The position numbers and the translations under genes were made by a program. Below, one piece after another: positions 10,079-18,785 of a stretch of DNA of 64,000 nt (position 1 is its first letter; every line of letters starts with the position of its first letter). The stretch covers positions 3,768-67,767 of the IMG/VR virus record IMGVR_UViG_3300018079_000002, one strand, 5' to 3'. Source of the DNA: a virus. The notes beneath the pieces were generated by a model that did no database searches, was not told the DNA's origin, and worked only from the letters and a program-made list of their open reading frames with translations.

Positions 10079-11148
10079 GGGTAAGTCAGGCCGTTACCGG
10101 CATTGTAAATAGCAGCTCGGTCTGCTTCGGTTAGGTTGCCGGTCCACAATGCTGCTTCGTCGATGACTCCTAAGAATGGTTGAGTGCCGTCCGAAGAACT
10201 GCCAATGGTAAAGTCTTCCGGTGCTGCTGTGGGTAAGAAACCCCCGGTAGTTACTTCACCTACATTGTTGATGCGAATATGGTATTGCAGCAGGCCATCC
10301 AGCCAAACCTGGATGAGATTCATTTGACCAACGACAATTGGCACGGCAGAAGTAATTCGTGCAAATTGAAAAAGCAGTGAGCTGTAAAAGCTAAGCGCAT
10401 AGGTGCCTGCAGCGGTCAGCACAATATCCCAGCCGTCCACCGAACCAGCATTATTCTTGGCTAGCACCGTTCGATCCACTCCCAAGGCTGTTGCCTTGGC
10501 CCATACCGCCATTTCAAATGGTGCAACGAAGCCAAAGGCCGGTGAATTATTCGTAAGTTTTTGGGTGCCAGTAAACGAGGCACCACTGAGAATTTTTCCT
10601 GGAGCGATAATGGGTGCCGGTGAAGGTGTCAGGTGCCTCGCACCAGTGTGGGCGTCTGGCCAGGTTACACCAGCCGGTCCTTCAAGACGATACCAGGCTA
10701 CCAGGTTTGTTAGCAACGAAGCAGGAAAGATGGACGAGGGTATTACACCGGTGGACACTAACAAGAAGATGTAAAGCAGTTTTTTCGTGCCAGGTCGGAG
10801 CACTTCCACGTGTATAATCTTAAATAGGGAATTGGTCTCAACTACTTCGTGGAACGTTTCTAAGTCGAACGTCAGTGCTGAGTCCGAAGCAACTAGCGCC
10901 ACTGAATCAATCTTGTTGATCATCTCCTCGCCGGTTACACCCAAACCCATTTTGGCTGCGCTGACTGGATCAACGAACACGGCCTTGGCCTGGACTTCCA
11001 GTTCTGCCGGGTTGCGCACATTCTCTGACGCACGCCAGGGCTTGGTAGGGTCATCGACCTGAGTGCCCAGGCGACGGAAGGTGACAGTGCGGCCACTCGC
11101 CTCAATCAGGCGTTTGGCGGTTGCAGCAAGTTTCGTATAGTCAGGCAT
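10075..11148 (-). CDS. Head-closure (stopper) protein fused to C-terminal LamG domain
   Basis: First about 130 aa MPDYTKLAATAKRLIEASGRTVTFRR...LRPGTKKLLYIF is stopper-like; then NLVAWYRLEG...FLGVIDEAALWTGNLTEADRAAIYNAGNG is LamG-like. Confidence 0.75.
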   Translation of the reverse strand: MPDYTKLAATAKRLIEASGRTVTFRRLGTQVDDPTKPWRASENVRNPAELEVQAKAVFVDPVSAAKMGLGVTGEEMINKIDSVALVASDSALTFDLETFHEVVETNSLFKIIHVEVLRPGTKKLLYIFLLVSTGVIPSSIFPASLLTNLVAWYRLEGPAGVTWPDAHTGARHLTPSPAPIIAPGKILSGASFTGTQKLTNNSPAFGFVAPFEMAVWAKATALGVDRTVLAKNNAGSVDGWDIVLTAAGTYALSFYSSLLFQFARITSAVPIVVGQMNLIQVWLDGLLQYHIRINNVGEVTTGGFLPTAAPEDFTIGSSSDGTQPFLGVIDEAALWTGNLTEADRAAIYNAGNGLTYP

Positions 11149-11150
11149 AT

Positions 11151-11750
11151 TTAGCCACGGTGCGCATCTCGACTAATTGACGAACCCAGCAGCTCTTCCA
11201 GCCACAGGTCCGCCTCTGGGTAAGGTGGAAGGAACATCCCGTCCACCAGCGTGCTGCCACTGCTAATACGGGTAGAGGCACTCTGGGTTTCGGCGAACTT
11301 TACTTCTTCCTCGATTGGACCAACCTTCTCCTTTTTACTGATGACCTGCCCTGCAGTCACCGCCGTCGCACCACCAGTGGCATCTCTTGTGGTGAAAGGT
11401 AGTGCAGGGTCAGGCGCTAAGATGCCCAGGGTATGTGCCCGCAGTGCATACTCTGCGCACGCCTTAACCAACTGCGCGGGCAGGCCATCAAGAATCCATC
11501 CGTCTCGGTCCCAGGCGTCGAGGCGTGGCCACTCCAGCCCCTGGGTCTTCTTAAGACGAAAACCTAAAAACCTTCGTCCGAAACGTTTGTCAATGTAGTC
11601 CGAAGCCTTAATCGCCGCAGCCTGGATTTGTGGATCAGTAATCGCGGTGATGTCCTTACCACGATCAGTAAAGTGGTCCTTGAATTGCTGCACAGCGATG
11701 TAGCTGTTCGCTCCTGCCACTCCGGTGCCTGTTTCTTGCGTAAAGGGCAT
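11151..11750 (-). CDS. Head-tail connector/adaptor (DnaT_2-like)
   Basis: 199 aa; FTQETGTGVAGANSYI, QGLEWPR, PAQLVKACAEYA, KKEKVGPIEEE. Confidence 0.85.
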   Translation of the reverse strand: MPFTQETGTGVAGANSYIAVQQFKDHFTDRGKDITAITDPQIQAAAIKASDYIDKRFGRRFLGFRLKKTQGLEWPRLDAWDRDGWILDGLPAQLVKACAEYALRAHTLGILAPDPALPFTTRDATGGATAVTAGQVISKKEKVGPIEEEVKFAETQSASTRISSGSTLVDGMFLPPYPEADLWLEELLGSSISRDAHRG

Positions 11751-11751
11751 A

Positions 11752-12039
11752 CTATTTCTTTTCGGTTAGGCCGATGATTGGACGCCAATCGTGCTCGACG
11801 ATGGCCATAGGACCAAAGTTAATTTTCTTCTGGTAACGGACGCCAAGTGCGTCCTGGGTCAGCAGCCACACGAAGTATCCCTGACCTTGGGATGAATGAT
11901 AAACCGAAACGCCCACGTCACAGTTGATCTTCCTTTGGGGCAGCACCTGGACGCGCTGCTGGTCCTGCACCACATGTAATGCAGGCAGCAGGGTTTGCAC
12001 TTCTGCCTCGATCAGTGCTTTCTTAGCGTTAGGAATCAT
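11752..12039 (-). CDS. Hypothetical protein
   Basis: 95 aa ORF coupled to neighbours in the head-neck operon. Confidence 0.6.
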   Translation of the reverse strand: MIPNAKKALIEAEVQTLLPALHVVQDQQRVQVLPQRKINCDVGVSVYHSSQGQGYFVWLLTQDALGVRYQKKINFGPMAIVEHDWRPIIGLTEKK

Positions 12040-12716
12040 GAGAGTCTGGCTACCGCGATTTCGCTAAGTTCAATGCCAGGAGAACTGGTGTTCCACGAAA
12101 GGTTGACCGAGTCGCAAGCACCTGCACCTTCGTCCATGGCCAGGGCGATGTTCCCCGAAGCTGCATGGTTGGTCAGCACCGGTGTCGCCGCTTCCATTTG
12201 CTGGAGGAATACTTCTTTGGAGATATCCGCAGGTGTGGTATTGACGCTGCGTCGGAAGAAGTTAGCAGTCCAGTTCGGCGAACCCTTGGTGATATCCAGC
12301 AAGAAGATAGTGCGGTAGCCAGTGGCCGGGTCTGCAAAGATATGGCCCACGCTGCCAGACCCAGCCGTGTAGGTGCTGCCCACGCGTCTTACCGCGAAGT
12401 GAGACCAGCTATAGCTGGGCGGTGGGCCAGCCACACGGGTGGCGGTAACACCGTTCGCATAAACGTCTGGGCCAAGACCAAAGAAGTTGGTGGTGGTTGC
12501 GTCGCCGAACAGGTTGGTCAGACCGGAGCAAACCCCCAGCCCCCACTTGAGGGAGCCAACATTACCGCCACTGTCTGGCATCGTTTGGCGTAAACCAATA
12601 CGAATTTTGTTCCAGGTCGTGCCAATGAAGAGCGTGCGAGCGAGCTGTGAGTTAGACAGGACGAAACGTTTATCGTCCAGGCCACCGATATTTCTAAGTA
12701 AGATTGATGTTGCCAT
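12036..12716 (-). CDS. Hypothetical beta-rich protein, possible virion decoration
   Basis: 226 aa, Gly/Thr/Ser-rich, in structural operon. Confidence 0.6.
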   Translation of the reverse strand: MATSILLRNIGGLDDKRFVLSNSQLARTLFIGTTWNKIRIGLRQTMPDSGGNVGSLKWGLGVCSGLTNLFGDATTTNFFGLGPDVYANGVTATRVAGPPPSYSWSHFAVRRVGSTYTAGSGSVGHIFADPATGYRTIFLLDITKGSPNWTANFFRRSVNTTPADISKEVFLQQMEAATPVLTNHAASGNIALAMDEGAGACDSVNLSWNTSSPGIELSEIAVARLS

Positions 12717-12722
12717 AAATTC

Positions 12723-13196
12723 TTATACGTCCCAAGCACCGGACCAGCCCGTGCCACCAGTTTGACCAACAGCATCGGCGCCATCCGCGTAGGCTTCGGC
12801 ATCGTCTTCGGCTTTAATGCCGGTATAGTTCACTGTGTCCTGCCAGGAAAGAAGAAAACCAAAACCGCCATTGAAGACATTAGCTTCGTCAAAGGCCACA
12901 ATGCCAAGATAGTTTGGTCTATCCACCCAAGGGCCATTCCAGGCATTACCATTGTCCAGGGGTTCAATAATGGGTGGGTCAGTCGGCTCATACGCTTCGC
13001 CTGAGTCGCCGCCACCGTCCAGAATATCTAGCTCACCAGGATCACCACCGCCTTCTTCGCCTTGATTGTAACGTCGATCACGCATCCAGTCATAGATGGC
13101 CGGGTTATTAGCGCCAGAGGCAGCACGCTGAACACGTGCTGCCTCCCCGCGTAATCCACCGTGACCTGGCTGGATTCTGAATGCGCGTTTCGACAT
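12723..13196 (-). CDS. Acidic Gly/Asp-rich protein with three NGGxGWxGxW-like repeats
   Basis: 157 aa; DNGNAWNGPW, FNGGFGFLLSW, QTGGTGWSGAW. Confidence 0.6.
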   Translation of the reverse strand: MSKRAFRIQPGHGGLRGEAARVQRAASGANNPAIYDWMRDRRYNQGEEGGGDPGELDILDGGGDSGEAYEPTDPPIIEPLDNGNAWNGPWVDRPNYLGIVAFDEANVFNGGFGFLLSWQDTVNYTGIKAEDDAEAYADGADAVGQTGGTGWSGAWDV

Positions 13197-13198
13197 GC

Positions 13199-13375
13199 TT
13201 AGGTGCCAGTGCTTGGACCCTTGATCACGCCACGCATGGTGCCCATCACTTTGGAGCGAGGATCACCCGTGCGCGTGGCACGTGCGTTGATGTTCTTGTT
13301 ACCGCCAGTGGCCGGACGGCTACGCTGGCTTACCGCACGCTGGTGCGCGCCTTGTTTTGTCGTGGTCGAGACCAT
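13199..13375 (-). CDS. Small basic disordered protein (58 aa; possible capsid-internal DNA-binding peptide)
   Basis: Manual translation MVSTTTKQGAHQRAVSQRSRPATGGNKNINARATRTGDPRSKVMGTMRGVIKGPSTGT; fills the gap between flanking genes; below ORF-track cutoff. Confidence 0.6.
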   Translation of the reverse strand: MVSTTTKQGAHQRAVSQRSRPATGGNKNINARATRTGDPRSKVMGTMRGVIKGPSTGT

Positions 13376-13402
13376 AGTTTGTTCGCTTTCGTTACTGGTT
13401 TG

Positions 13403-13990
13403 TTACTGTTGGGGTGGAGCACCATCGCCTTGCGGCGCAGTGCCTGCGGCAATCTCCCGGCTAAAGCCAGGGATGGCTGCTTCAATTTCTTTTCGCGTGA
13501 CCTGGCCACCGCCTAACAATTGCTCCACCATCGTCAGCGAGGGCAAACCCTTCTGCGTCCAGTGAGCATCGTTCTTCGGGTCCAGGTTGTTCAACGCGCC
13601 AATCAGGCGCGTGTGTAACCGGGGGTCTTCGTGTCCGTCCCCCGTGGATAGACTGCCGGTTCCCCCTCCCTGGGTTCCGCCATCTCCTGCGCCGTCATTT
13701 GTTTCTTGCGCGGTAAGTCCGGACCCATCCTGTTCTCCTGCGCCAGATATCGTCTTTGTCTGGTGGCCGAGTGCTGTGGCAGGAACTTGACTTGCATGTA
13801 GTTCTCCTTCTTCCGGACTGAGACCCTCCGGGTAGGCTTGGAAGCAACGACCCAGGTAAGTAATCAGCCCTTCGTTTTGGGCAAAGCTGCCAGGCAAAAT
13901 AACTTCTCCCTTGGTAAACTGAATGCCACGGAGATTCACGGTCTTGCCAGCATAGTGACCGTGAAGAATTAACTTTACTCGTGATGCCAT
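13403..13990 (-). CDS. Post-capsid conserved protein (putative packaging/head accessory)
   Basis: 195 aa directly after MCP; C-terminal LDPKNDAHWTQKGLPSL...VTRKEIEAAIPGFSR module as in YuA-like phages. Confidence 0.65.
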   Translation of the reverse strand: MASRVKLILHGHYAGKTVNLRGIQFTKGEVILPGSFAQNEGLITYLGRCFQAYPEGLSPEEGELHASQVPATALGHQTKTISGAGEQDGSGLTAQETNDGAGDGGTQGGGTGSLSTGDGHEDPRLHTRLIGALNNLDPKNDAHWTQKGLPSLTMVEQLLGGGQVTRKEIEAAIPGFSREIAAGTAPQGDGAPPQQ

Positions 13991-14014
13991 AGTATGTGTT
14001 TGTTTTGGAGTTTA

Positions 14015-14046
14015 GGGAGCTGGCACCCGCGAAGGCACCAGCTCCC
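14015..14046 (-). terminator. GC-rich hairpin after major capsid gene (partial terminator or mRNA stabiliser)
   Basis: GGGAGCTGG-TGCCTTCGCGGGTG-CCAGCTCCC just after the MCP stop; no U-tract. Confidence 0.5.
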
Positions 14047-14052
14047 GACAGT

Positions 14053-14973
14053 TTAGCTGGTGATACCGTCGGCCAGCGCGAGTCCCTTTTCAGAGAACAG
14101 CGCCAAACCGGAATACCACTTCACACGCCAAATGTGTTCGTCTTTGGCTTCGGCTTCACCAACGTCCACGACGTTGATGCCTGCCTGACTTTCCGCAGTC
14201 AACCCGGCGATACCGTGCTGACGCGAACCGTCATCGAAGTTTCCGGCGAAGACCATGGTCTGGTTGGAGCCAGTGCCCTTCACCTGGTTGATGGGAATCC
14301 AGTCGTTACGGAAGATGGGCGTGCCACGATAGGCAGGCACTTCCGCACCGGACGGCAGCGTAACCACGTCGCCGATGCCAGCGCCACCGAGTGCGCGCAA
14401 CAGCGAGAAGTAGGCACGCAACGGACGAGAGTGCATCGTAATCCAATCCACCTGCCCGTCCTTGTCCACGACCAGGTCGAGGAGTTCGTCGAGGAAGGTG
14501 AACGACAACGCGCCACCGTTCGCACCCGTGGCCACCTTCTGGGCAGCAGCACACAGGTTGATCAGGCCATTGAACTGATCACCGGCACCAGTGCCGTTGA
14601 TGAACATGTCCTGCCATTGACGGCCACAGCTTTTCGCCTTGGAGGCGATTTGCGTAGCAGTCTGGTCGTTTCCGTCGCTGGAGCGCGTGGCCTGAATCAG
14701 GCCGTTCACTTCAGCGTCACCGATGATCGTGGTGAGCGAGCTGGTCACTTGCGTGAACGTGGCAGCAGCTTTCGCTGTGATCGTGCCACCAACGCCAAGC
14801 ACCTGCGTATCACCGAGAACGTTTTCTCGGTTGTAAGCGAGCGCGTTGCCGCTGATCCCGTCGAACGGAATGACTTCGAAGATACGATTAACCGTGATCA
14901 CATTTTCGATCACGCCTGCGACCAGCTCGTTCTGAGCTAGCTTTGCCGATTCGGCCAATGTTACAGAAGGCAT
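14053..14973 (-). CDS. Major capsid protein (HK97 fold)
   Basis: 306 aa; MPSVTLAESAKL, IPFDGISGNALAYNRE, RVKWYSGLALFSEKGLALADGI; downstream of scaffold. Confidence 0.92.
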   Translation of the reverse strand: MPSVTLAESAKLAQNELVAGVIENVITVNRIFEVIPFDGISGNALAYNRENVLGDTQVLGVGGTITAKAAATFTQVTSSLTTIIGDAEVNGLIQATRSSDGNDQTATQIASKAKSCGRQWQDMFINGTGAGDQFNGLINLCAAAQKVATGANGGALSFTFLDELLDLVVDKDGQVDWITMHSRPLRAYFSLLRALGGAGIGDVVTLPSGAEVPAYRGTPIFRNDWIPINQVKGTGSNQTMVFAGNFDDGSRQHGIAGLTAESQAGINVVDVGEAEAKDEHIWRVKWYSGLALFSEKGLALADGITS

Positions 14974-15083
14974 AAGTAATCCAATTCTTTCAAATTTGTT
15001 GTTGTTTGTTTACTGCCCTGTCTTTGGATCACCCGCAGAGGGTAGGTGATTACGGAATCACTCCGAATCGTTTACTCGCTGTT

Positions 15084-15113
15084 ACTTGAACAGGATTCGG
15101 GGAAGGAAGGCAA
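15084..15113 (-). promoter_or_regulatory. Putative late sigma70-type promoter upstream of MCP
   Basis: TTGCCT-N18 (TGn)-TCAAGT; same architecture as 16557..16586. Confidence 0.5.
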
Positions 15114-15122
15114 GACCTATTT

Positions 15123-15494
15123 TTAGGTGATTGGATAAGTCTCCACCCAGCGCTGCTTGCCGATGCGCCGTGCTCTGCGGCCCATCACCACCGAACCGGA
15201 TGGAATACCCAGGGTTACTGTGATATCTCCAAAGGTTTCCTGGGAGGGTATACCGCCCAACACGATCTGTTGCGATATGGTAGGGGTGCCAAATGCCTCC
15301 TGGGCAGCAATGCCTTCTGGCCGGACCTGCTGGCTAACCACCGGGGTGCCGAAAGCTTCACTGGTCTCAATGCCCAGGGGGCGCACCTGTTGATGGACGC
15401 TGGGGGTGCCGAAAGTTTCAGACGAAGCAATACCTTCAGGGAAGATCGTTTGATCCGGCGGTGGACTGCCTTTGAGTAAAAGAAGTAGGCTCAA
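15123..15494 (-). CDS. Repeat-containing virion protein (four about 20-aa GIxxxExFG repeats)
   Basis: PEGIASSETFGTPSVHQQVR / PLGIETSEAFGTPVVSQQVR / PEGIAAQEAFGTPTISQQIV / LGGIPSQETFGDITV. Confidence 0.7.
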   Translation of the reverse strand: MSLLLLLKGSPPPDQTIFPEGIASSETFGTPSVHQQVRPLGIETSEAFGTPVVSQQVRPEGIAAQEAFGTPTISQQIVLGGIPSQETFGDITVTLGIPSGSVVMGRRARRIGKQRWVETYPIT

Positions 15495-16132
15495 TTGTCC
15501 ACGCAGAATCCGACCAGCCAGCCGGAGTTGCCTGCTGCCGAATTCGTTTCCTGGTTGAGACGAAGACCTTGGTTCTGACGCAGCACGATGCCACCACCAC
15601 GTTCGCGCAGAATCCAGGGAATCACATCCATGCCTTGATAGGCACCACCGGCCAATTGATTACCGGCCTGGGTTTCTTCGCTGTGGGTGTAGTAGCGTCG
15701 CAGCGACGTGCTAGCCGTTGCACCACCCGTTGCCTTGAGACGGCAGGTGATGTCGGTGTCCAGTGCTGGATCAGTCGTGTCAGCAAGCCATGCGGTTTGT
15801 GCGGTGCCAGCAGTGCCGATTGCGGTCGTGCGCAGGAGCTGCCACTCAAAGCCAACCCCGGTCACTGCGGTTTCCAGGTCCACAATGTGCTGGATGGAAA
15901 GCACACGAACAATCTTGGCCGCATCCGCATTGAACAAGTCCCACATCAAGGTGGAGGCAGCAGCGACGTGCACCGTTGGACCAATGGAGTAAAAGTAATC
16001 AGGGAGTTGGTGTATCAGGTGGCCGTCCGAATTCGCCAGCATGATGGCCTGATAGAGTTTCGCGTTTGCAGTATGTGCTGCGATGATGGTGCCAGCGCCT
16101 GCCGTGATTGGGACATTGCTATCGGCTAACAT
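15491..16132 (-). CDS. Putative virion structural protein
   Basis: 213 aa, Ala/Thr/Gly-rich, coupled to neighbours. Confidence 0.6.
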   Translation of the reverse strand: MLADSNVPITAGAGTIIAAHTANAKLYQAIMLANSDGHLIHQLPDYFYSIGPTVHVAAASTLMWDLFNADAAKIVRVLSIQHIVDLETAVTGVGFEWQLLRTTAIGTAGTAQTAWLADTTDPALDTDITCRLKATGGATASTSLRRYYTHSEETQAGNQLAGGAYQGMDVIPWILRERGGGIVLRQNQGLRLNQETNSAAGNSGWLVGFCVDN

Positions 16133-16545
16133 TAGAGTTTGAAGATTTTGTTCGCACCATTGTCGAACGTGATAGTGATGTTGGCGGTGTTCGGTGTTAC
16201 TGGCAGGCCGGTGGCCGAATCGATGTAGGCCACCAGACGCGAAGTGCCTTCCGTGCCGGTGTGCTTGTAGATGATCAATGCCTCCGAAGGATCGCCAGAC
16301 ACATTGGACAGCACCACGTCATCCGCATCGAACACGCGGGCAGTGATGGTCTTGTTGGCCAGCGCCGTGGCCGCACTGACGCGTGCACCCGCAGGCACGT
16401 CCGAAAGGAATTCGTGCGTAGCCAAATTGACGGTATAGTCCGCCACGTCAATCAGGATTGCACGAAGGTCATCGGTTTCCAAATCAACCTGACTCGCTTC
16501 CTGTTTCAGGTATGATTCCACGAATTTCTGGTAGAGTGCGTTCAT
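16132..16545 (-). CDS. Conserved phage virion protein
   Basis: 137 aa; NALYQKF...DDLRAILID...VFDADDV...LPVTPNTANITITFDNGANKIFKL, a pattern widespread in environmental phage structural modules. Confidence 0.75.
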   Translation of the reverse strand: MNALYQKFVESYLKQEASQVDLETDDLRAILIDVADYTVNLATHEFLSDVPAGARVSAATALANKTITARVFDADDVVLSNVSGDPSEALIIYKHTGTEGTSRLVAYIDSATGLPVTPNTANITITFDNGANKIFKL

Positions 16546-16556
16546 CGCTCAAGGCA

Positions 16557-16586
16557 AGTTGAACACCAATTGCGGAAATTAGGCAA
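16557..16586 (-). promoter_or_regulatory. Putative late sigma70-type promoter
   Basis: TTGCCT-N18 (TGn)-TCAACT immediately after the terminator. Confidence 0.5.
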
Positions 16587-16589
16587 GCG

Positions 16590-16629
16590 AAAAACAAAAA
16601 CCCCACCGGCTTGCTCAGGGCCAGTGGGG
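16590..16629 (-). terminator. Rho-independent terminator
   Basis: CCCCACTGGC-loop-GCCGGTGGGG followed by TTTTTGTTTTT, just after the FN3 gene stop. Confidence 0.85.
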
Positions 16630-16650
16630 CTTGGGCGTGGCAGGGGCTAA

Positions 16651-17034
16651 TCAGGGACTGATGTTGACGGTGGGCGCACCGGGGGCACTCGGCAATGGAG
16701 GCGTGGCCGTTGCGGGCGAGGCACCACCCTGGCCGGTCAGGTTCACGGCACGCACGGTGACGTAATACTGGTAGCCAGGAGCCAGGTTGGCCTGCAAGTT
16801 GGTCGAGGCGGACGAACCAAGCAACTGGGGATTGCTGGTGCCGTTCGTCGCGACGTAAACGTTGTAGGACAACACCTGCTGTTCCGGCGGACTGGCTGGC
16901 CAACTGATGTCTGCCGTAGCAGCGACAATCGGTATGGCGGTAAGCGCAATCAGCGCGATGCAGGCGAGGATGGTTTTGTATTTTCGTTTTATGTTGTTCA
17001 TATGTTTTGCTCTTTCTTTATGGGTGTAACCCAA
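16651..17034 (-). CDS. Secreted fibronectin type III domain protein
   Basis: Signal peptide KRKYKTILACIALIALTAIPIVAATA; FN3 motifs ISWPAS..VLSYNVY, LAPGYQYYVTVRAVNLTGQG. Confidence 0.85.
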   Translation of the reverse strand: MGYTHKERAKHMNNIKRKYKTILACIALIALTAIPIVAATADISWPASPPEQQVLSYNVYVATNGTSNPQLLGSSASTNLQANLAPGYQYYVTVRAVNLTGQGGASPATATPPLPSAPGAPTVNISP

Positions 17035-17075
17035 AGAAGCACCGAGAATACTAATTTGGTATCTCGGCGCAATTC

Positions 17076-17867
17076 TTATCTGCCTGGACGTTGAGCCTGA
17101 CCCTTGGCCAACCCGGCCTGAATCTTTTGCATTGAGGTCATCTGGTCCCGCGCAGTCGTCTGGGTGACGTGCTGCGTGCGCTTACCCGTGCCGGGAGGCG
17201 TGCCACCACCAGGAGGCGTTTCGCTCTCGAACAAACGGCCAAACTCCTGCTGGCCTTTCATTTCGCTGACCAGCTCTTTGATGGTCATGGGCGCACCGGT
17301 GGCACCAAAGCGAATGTTACCTTCCGCGTCCACTACCTGGACGTTCAGGTTGCCGTCCTTCTCATCAACCTTGACCTGGTTACGCACGAACGGCAGCAAC
17401 AGCTTGGGCACGCCTTTTAATTCGGCGATGGCCGTGGTGGCGGTGGTGTCCACCAGGTGCGCATAGAGCTGCGTGGTCAGCCCTTTGATGCGGGTGTCGC
17501 GTGCAGTCAGCTCCTTGCCATGGGCTTCCTGCAGCGCCTTCTTGATGTTCTCCAGCTCCTTGGCACCTTTCTTGTCGCCGCCAAGCTTGGCTTCTTCCAG
17601 CTTGGACGTGACACTGGCGAGAATTTCCTCGGGGGTTGCACCGTATTCGGCCAACCCGGACAAGTCCACTACCTTGGTCTTGTAATTCTTCGCTTCGGTC
17701 CTTGCGGCCTTGAGCGAACCATTCAAGCCAAGGATCGTCTTTACAGACGCCTTCACAATGGGGTCATCCCTGAGGGTGTGCTTGTCTCCGGCTTGGGCGT
17801 AAAACCCACGAAAATCTTCCGGGACTGCGTTAATATCCGTCACTTCTGGGGCGAAGGCGAATTCCAT
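17076..17867 (-). CDS. Capsid scaffolding protein
   Basis: 263 aa coiled coil; DINAVPEDFRGFY, GVPKLLLP, FGRLFESE, GGGTPPG; between minor head gene and MCP. Confidence 0.85.
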   Translation of the reverse strand: MEFAFAPEVTDINAVPEDFRGFYAQAGDKHTLRDDPIVKASVKTILGLNGSLKAARTEAKNYKTKVVDLSGLAEYGATPEEILASVTSKLEEAKLGGDKKGAKELENIKKALQEAHGKELTARDTRIKGLTTQLYAHLVDTTATTAIAELKGVPKLLLPFVRNQVKVDEKDGNLNVQVVDAEGNIRFGATGAPMTIKELVSEMKGQQEFGRLFESETPPGGGTPPGTGKRTQHVTQTTARDQMTSMQKIQAGLAKGQAQRPGR

Positions 17868-17877
17868 ATCTTATTGC

Positions 17878-18174
17878 TCACTTTCTTGTTTCGTTTTGTG
17901 ACTCACTCACATTCAACGAACCAGGCTCACCCTGGTCTCGTCGTTTCTCAAGAATGGTTGGTTCCATATCCTGAGTAAAGCTTAATTTGATGCGATATTT
18001 CCTCTCACATACCACGCAAATCGGAATGCCACCCAGGCACTCTTCCTTATGGTAGATGCCCAGCAGGAAGGGGCGTGTCTGTGGGTGCCCACAGGTGGCG
18101 CAACGGACGATAGGCCCAGGGGTGGTTGGTGGGCTCCAGCGCAAACTTAAATCGACGAAGACCGTTATGGCCAT
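17878..18174 (-). CDS. Small zinc-finger protein
   Basis: CATC...CVVC motifs, 98 aa. Confidence 0.55.
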   Translation of the reverse strand: MAITVFVDLSLRWSPPTTPGPIVRCATCGHPQTRPFLLGIYHKEECLGGIPICVVCERKYRIKLSFTQDMEPTILEKRRDQGEPGSLNVSESQNETRK

Positions 18175-18785
18175 GGTCCTGCCTCGTTAGTTAGCGTGAT
18201 TATACCACGGAAGAAAGCAGCATCATTGGTGGTGGGCGGCACCAGCACCTGGTAGATGCGAAGCCAGTTCACGAAGTCCGTGCTCTGCTCGATTGCTACG
18301 AAAGTATTGGTCATGCCCGTCACCTGACTGATCTGCATTTCCATCTGCAACGGTGGTCGATTGGTGAACAGCGGTCCAGCCGGTTCACTTTCCAGGCCAG
18401 CCCAATTGTAGGCCGTGAGGGTAAAGTAATTCGTCACACCCCTGGGCACGATCATGCAGGCATTGCTGATGGCCGCACCCGGCAGGTCCACACGCTGTGT
18501 ATACATCCCACTTTCCACGCCTTGATAGAGGCGATAACCCGCCAGGTCCGGTTCGGAGTTAGTGCGCCACTGGAAGCAGATGCGGTAGGTGCCCTTCCAC
18601 ACATTGGACTGCGCGAATAAGTTTGACGCTGACAAGAAAAAGAAGAACCCTACTCGCAGCAGGTCACAGCGTGTAAGCCACCCCAGCCGTCGTCGATTAA
18701 GCTTGGGCGACACGTCCAACCCGGTAAGGCTGACATGCTCACTGGGCACCTTGTCCTGGTAACGAGTAGGGTGGTGAGATTTCAT
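18165..18785 (-). CDS. Secreted FN3 protein with C-terminal xSTDxxNW...FFR module
   Basis: Hydrophobic GFFFFLSASNLFAQ; FQWRTNSEPDLAGYRLYQGVESGMY; YFTLTAYNWAGLES; IEQSTDFVNWL...AAFFRG. Confidence 0.75.
   Translation of the reverse strand: MKSHHPTRYQDKVPSEHVSLTGLDVSPKLNRRRLGWLTRCDLLRVGFFFFLSASNLFAQSNVWKGTYRICFQWRTNSEPDLAGYRLYQGVESGMYTQRVDLPGAAISNACMIVPRGVTNYFTLTAYNWAGLESEPAGPLFTNRPPLQMEMQISQVTGMTNTFVAIEQSTDFVNWLRIYQVLVPPTTNDAAFFRGIITLTNEAGPWP

Noticed and set aside
13996-14940. Long plus-strand ORFs (e.g. 13996..14940, 7842..8849, 4881..5750, 28087..29040, 52487..53284)
   Set aside because: They are antisense shadows of well-supported minus-strand genes in GC-rich DNA, with no recognisable motifs
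14975-15060. Riboswitch in the MCP leader (alternative GTGAT/ATCAC hairpins)
   Set aside because: Stems are short and match no riboswitch family I recognise; at most a translational control element
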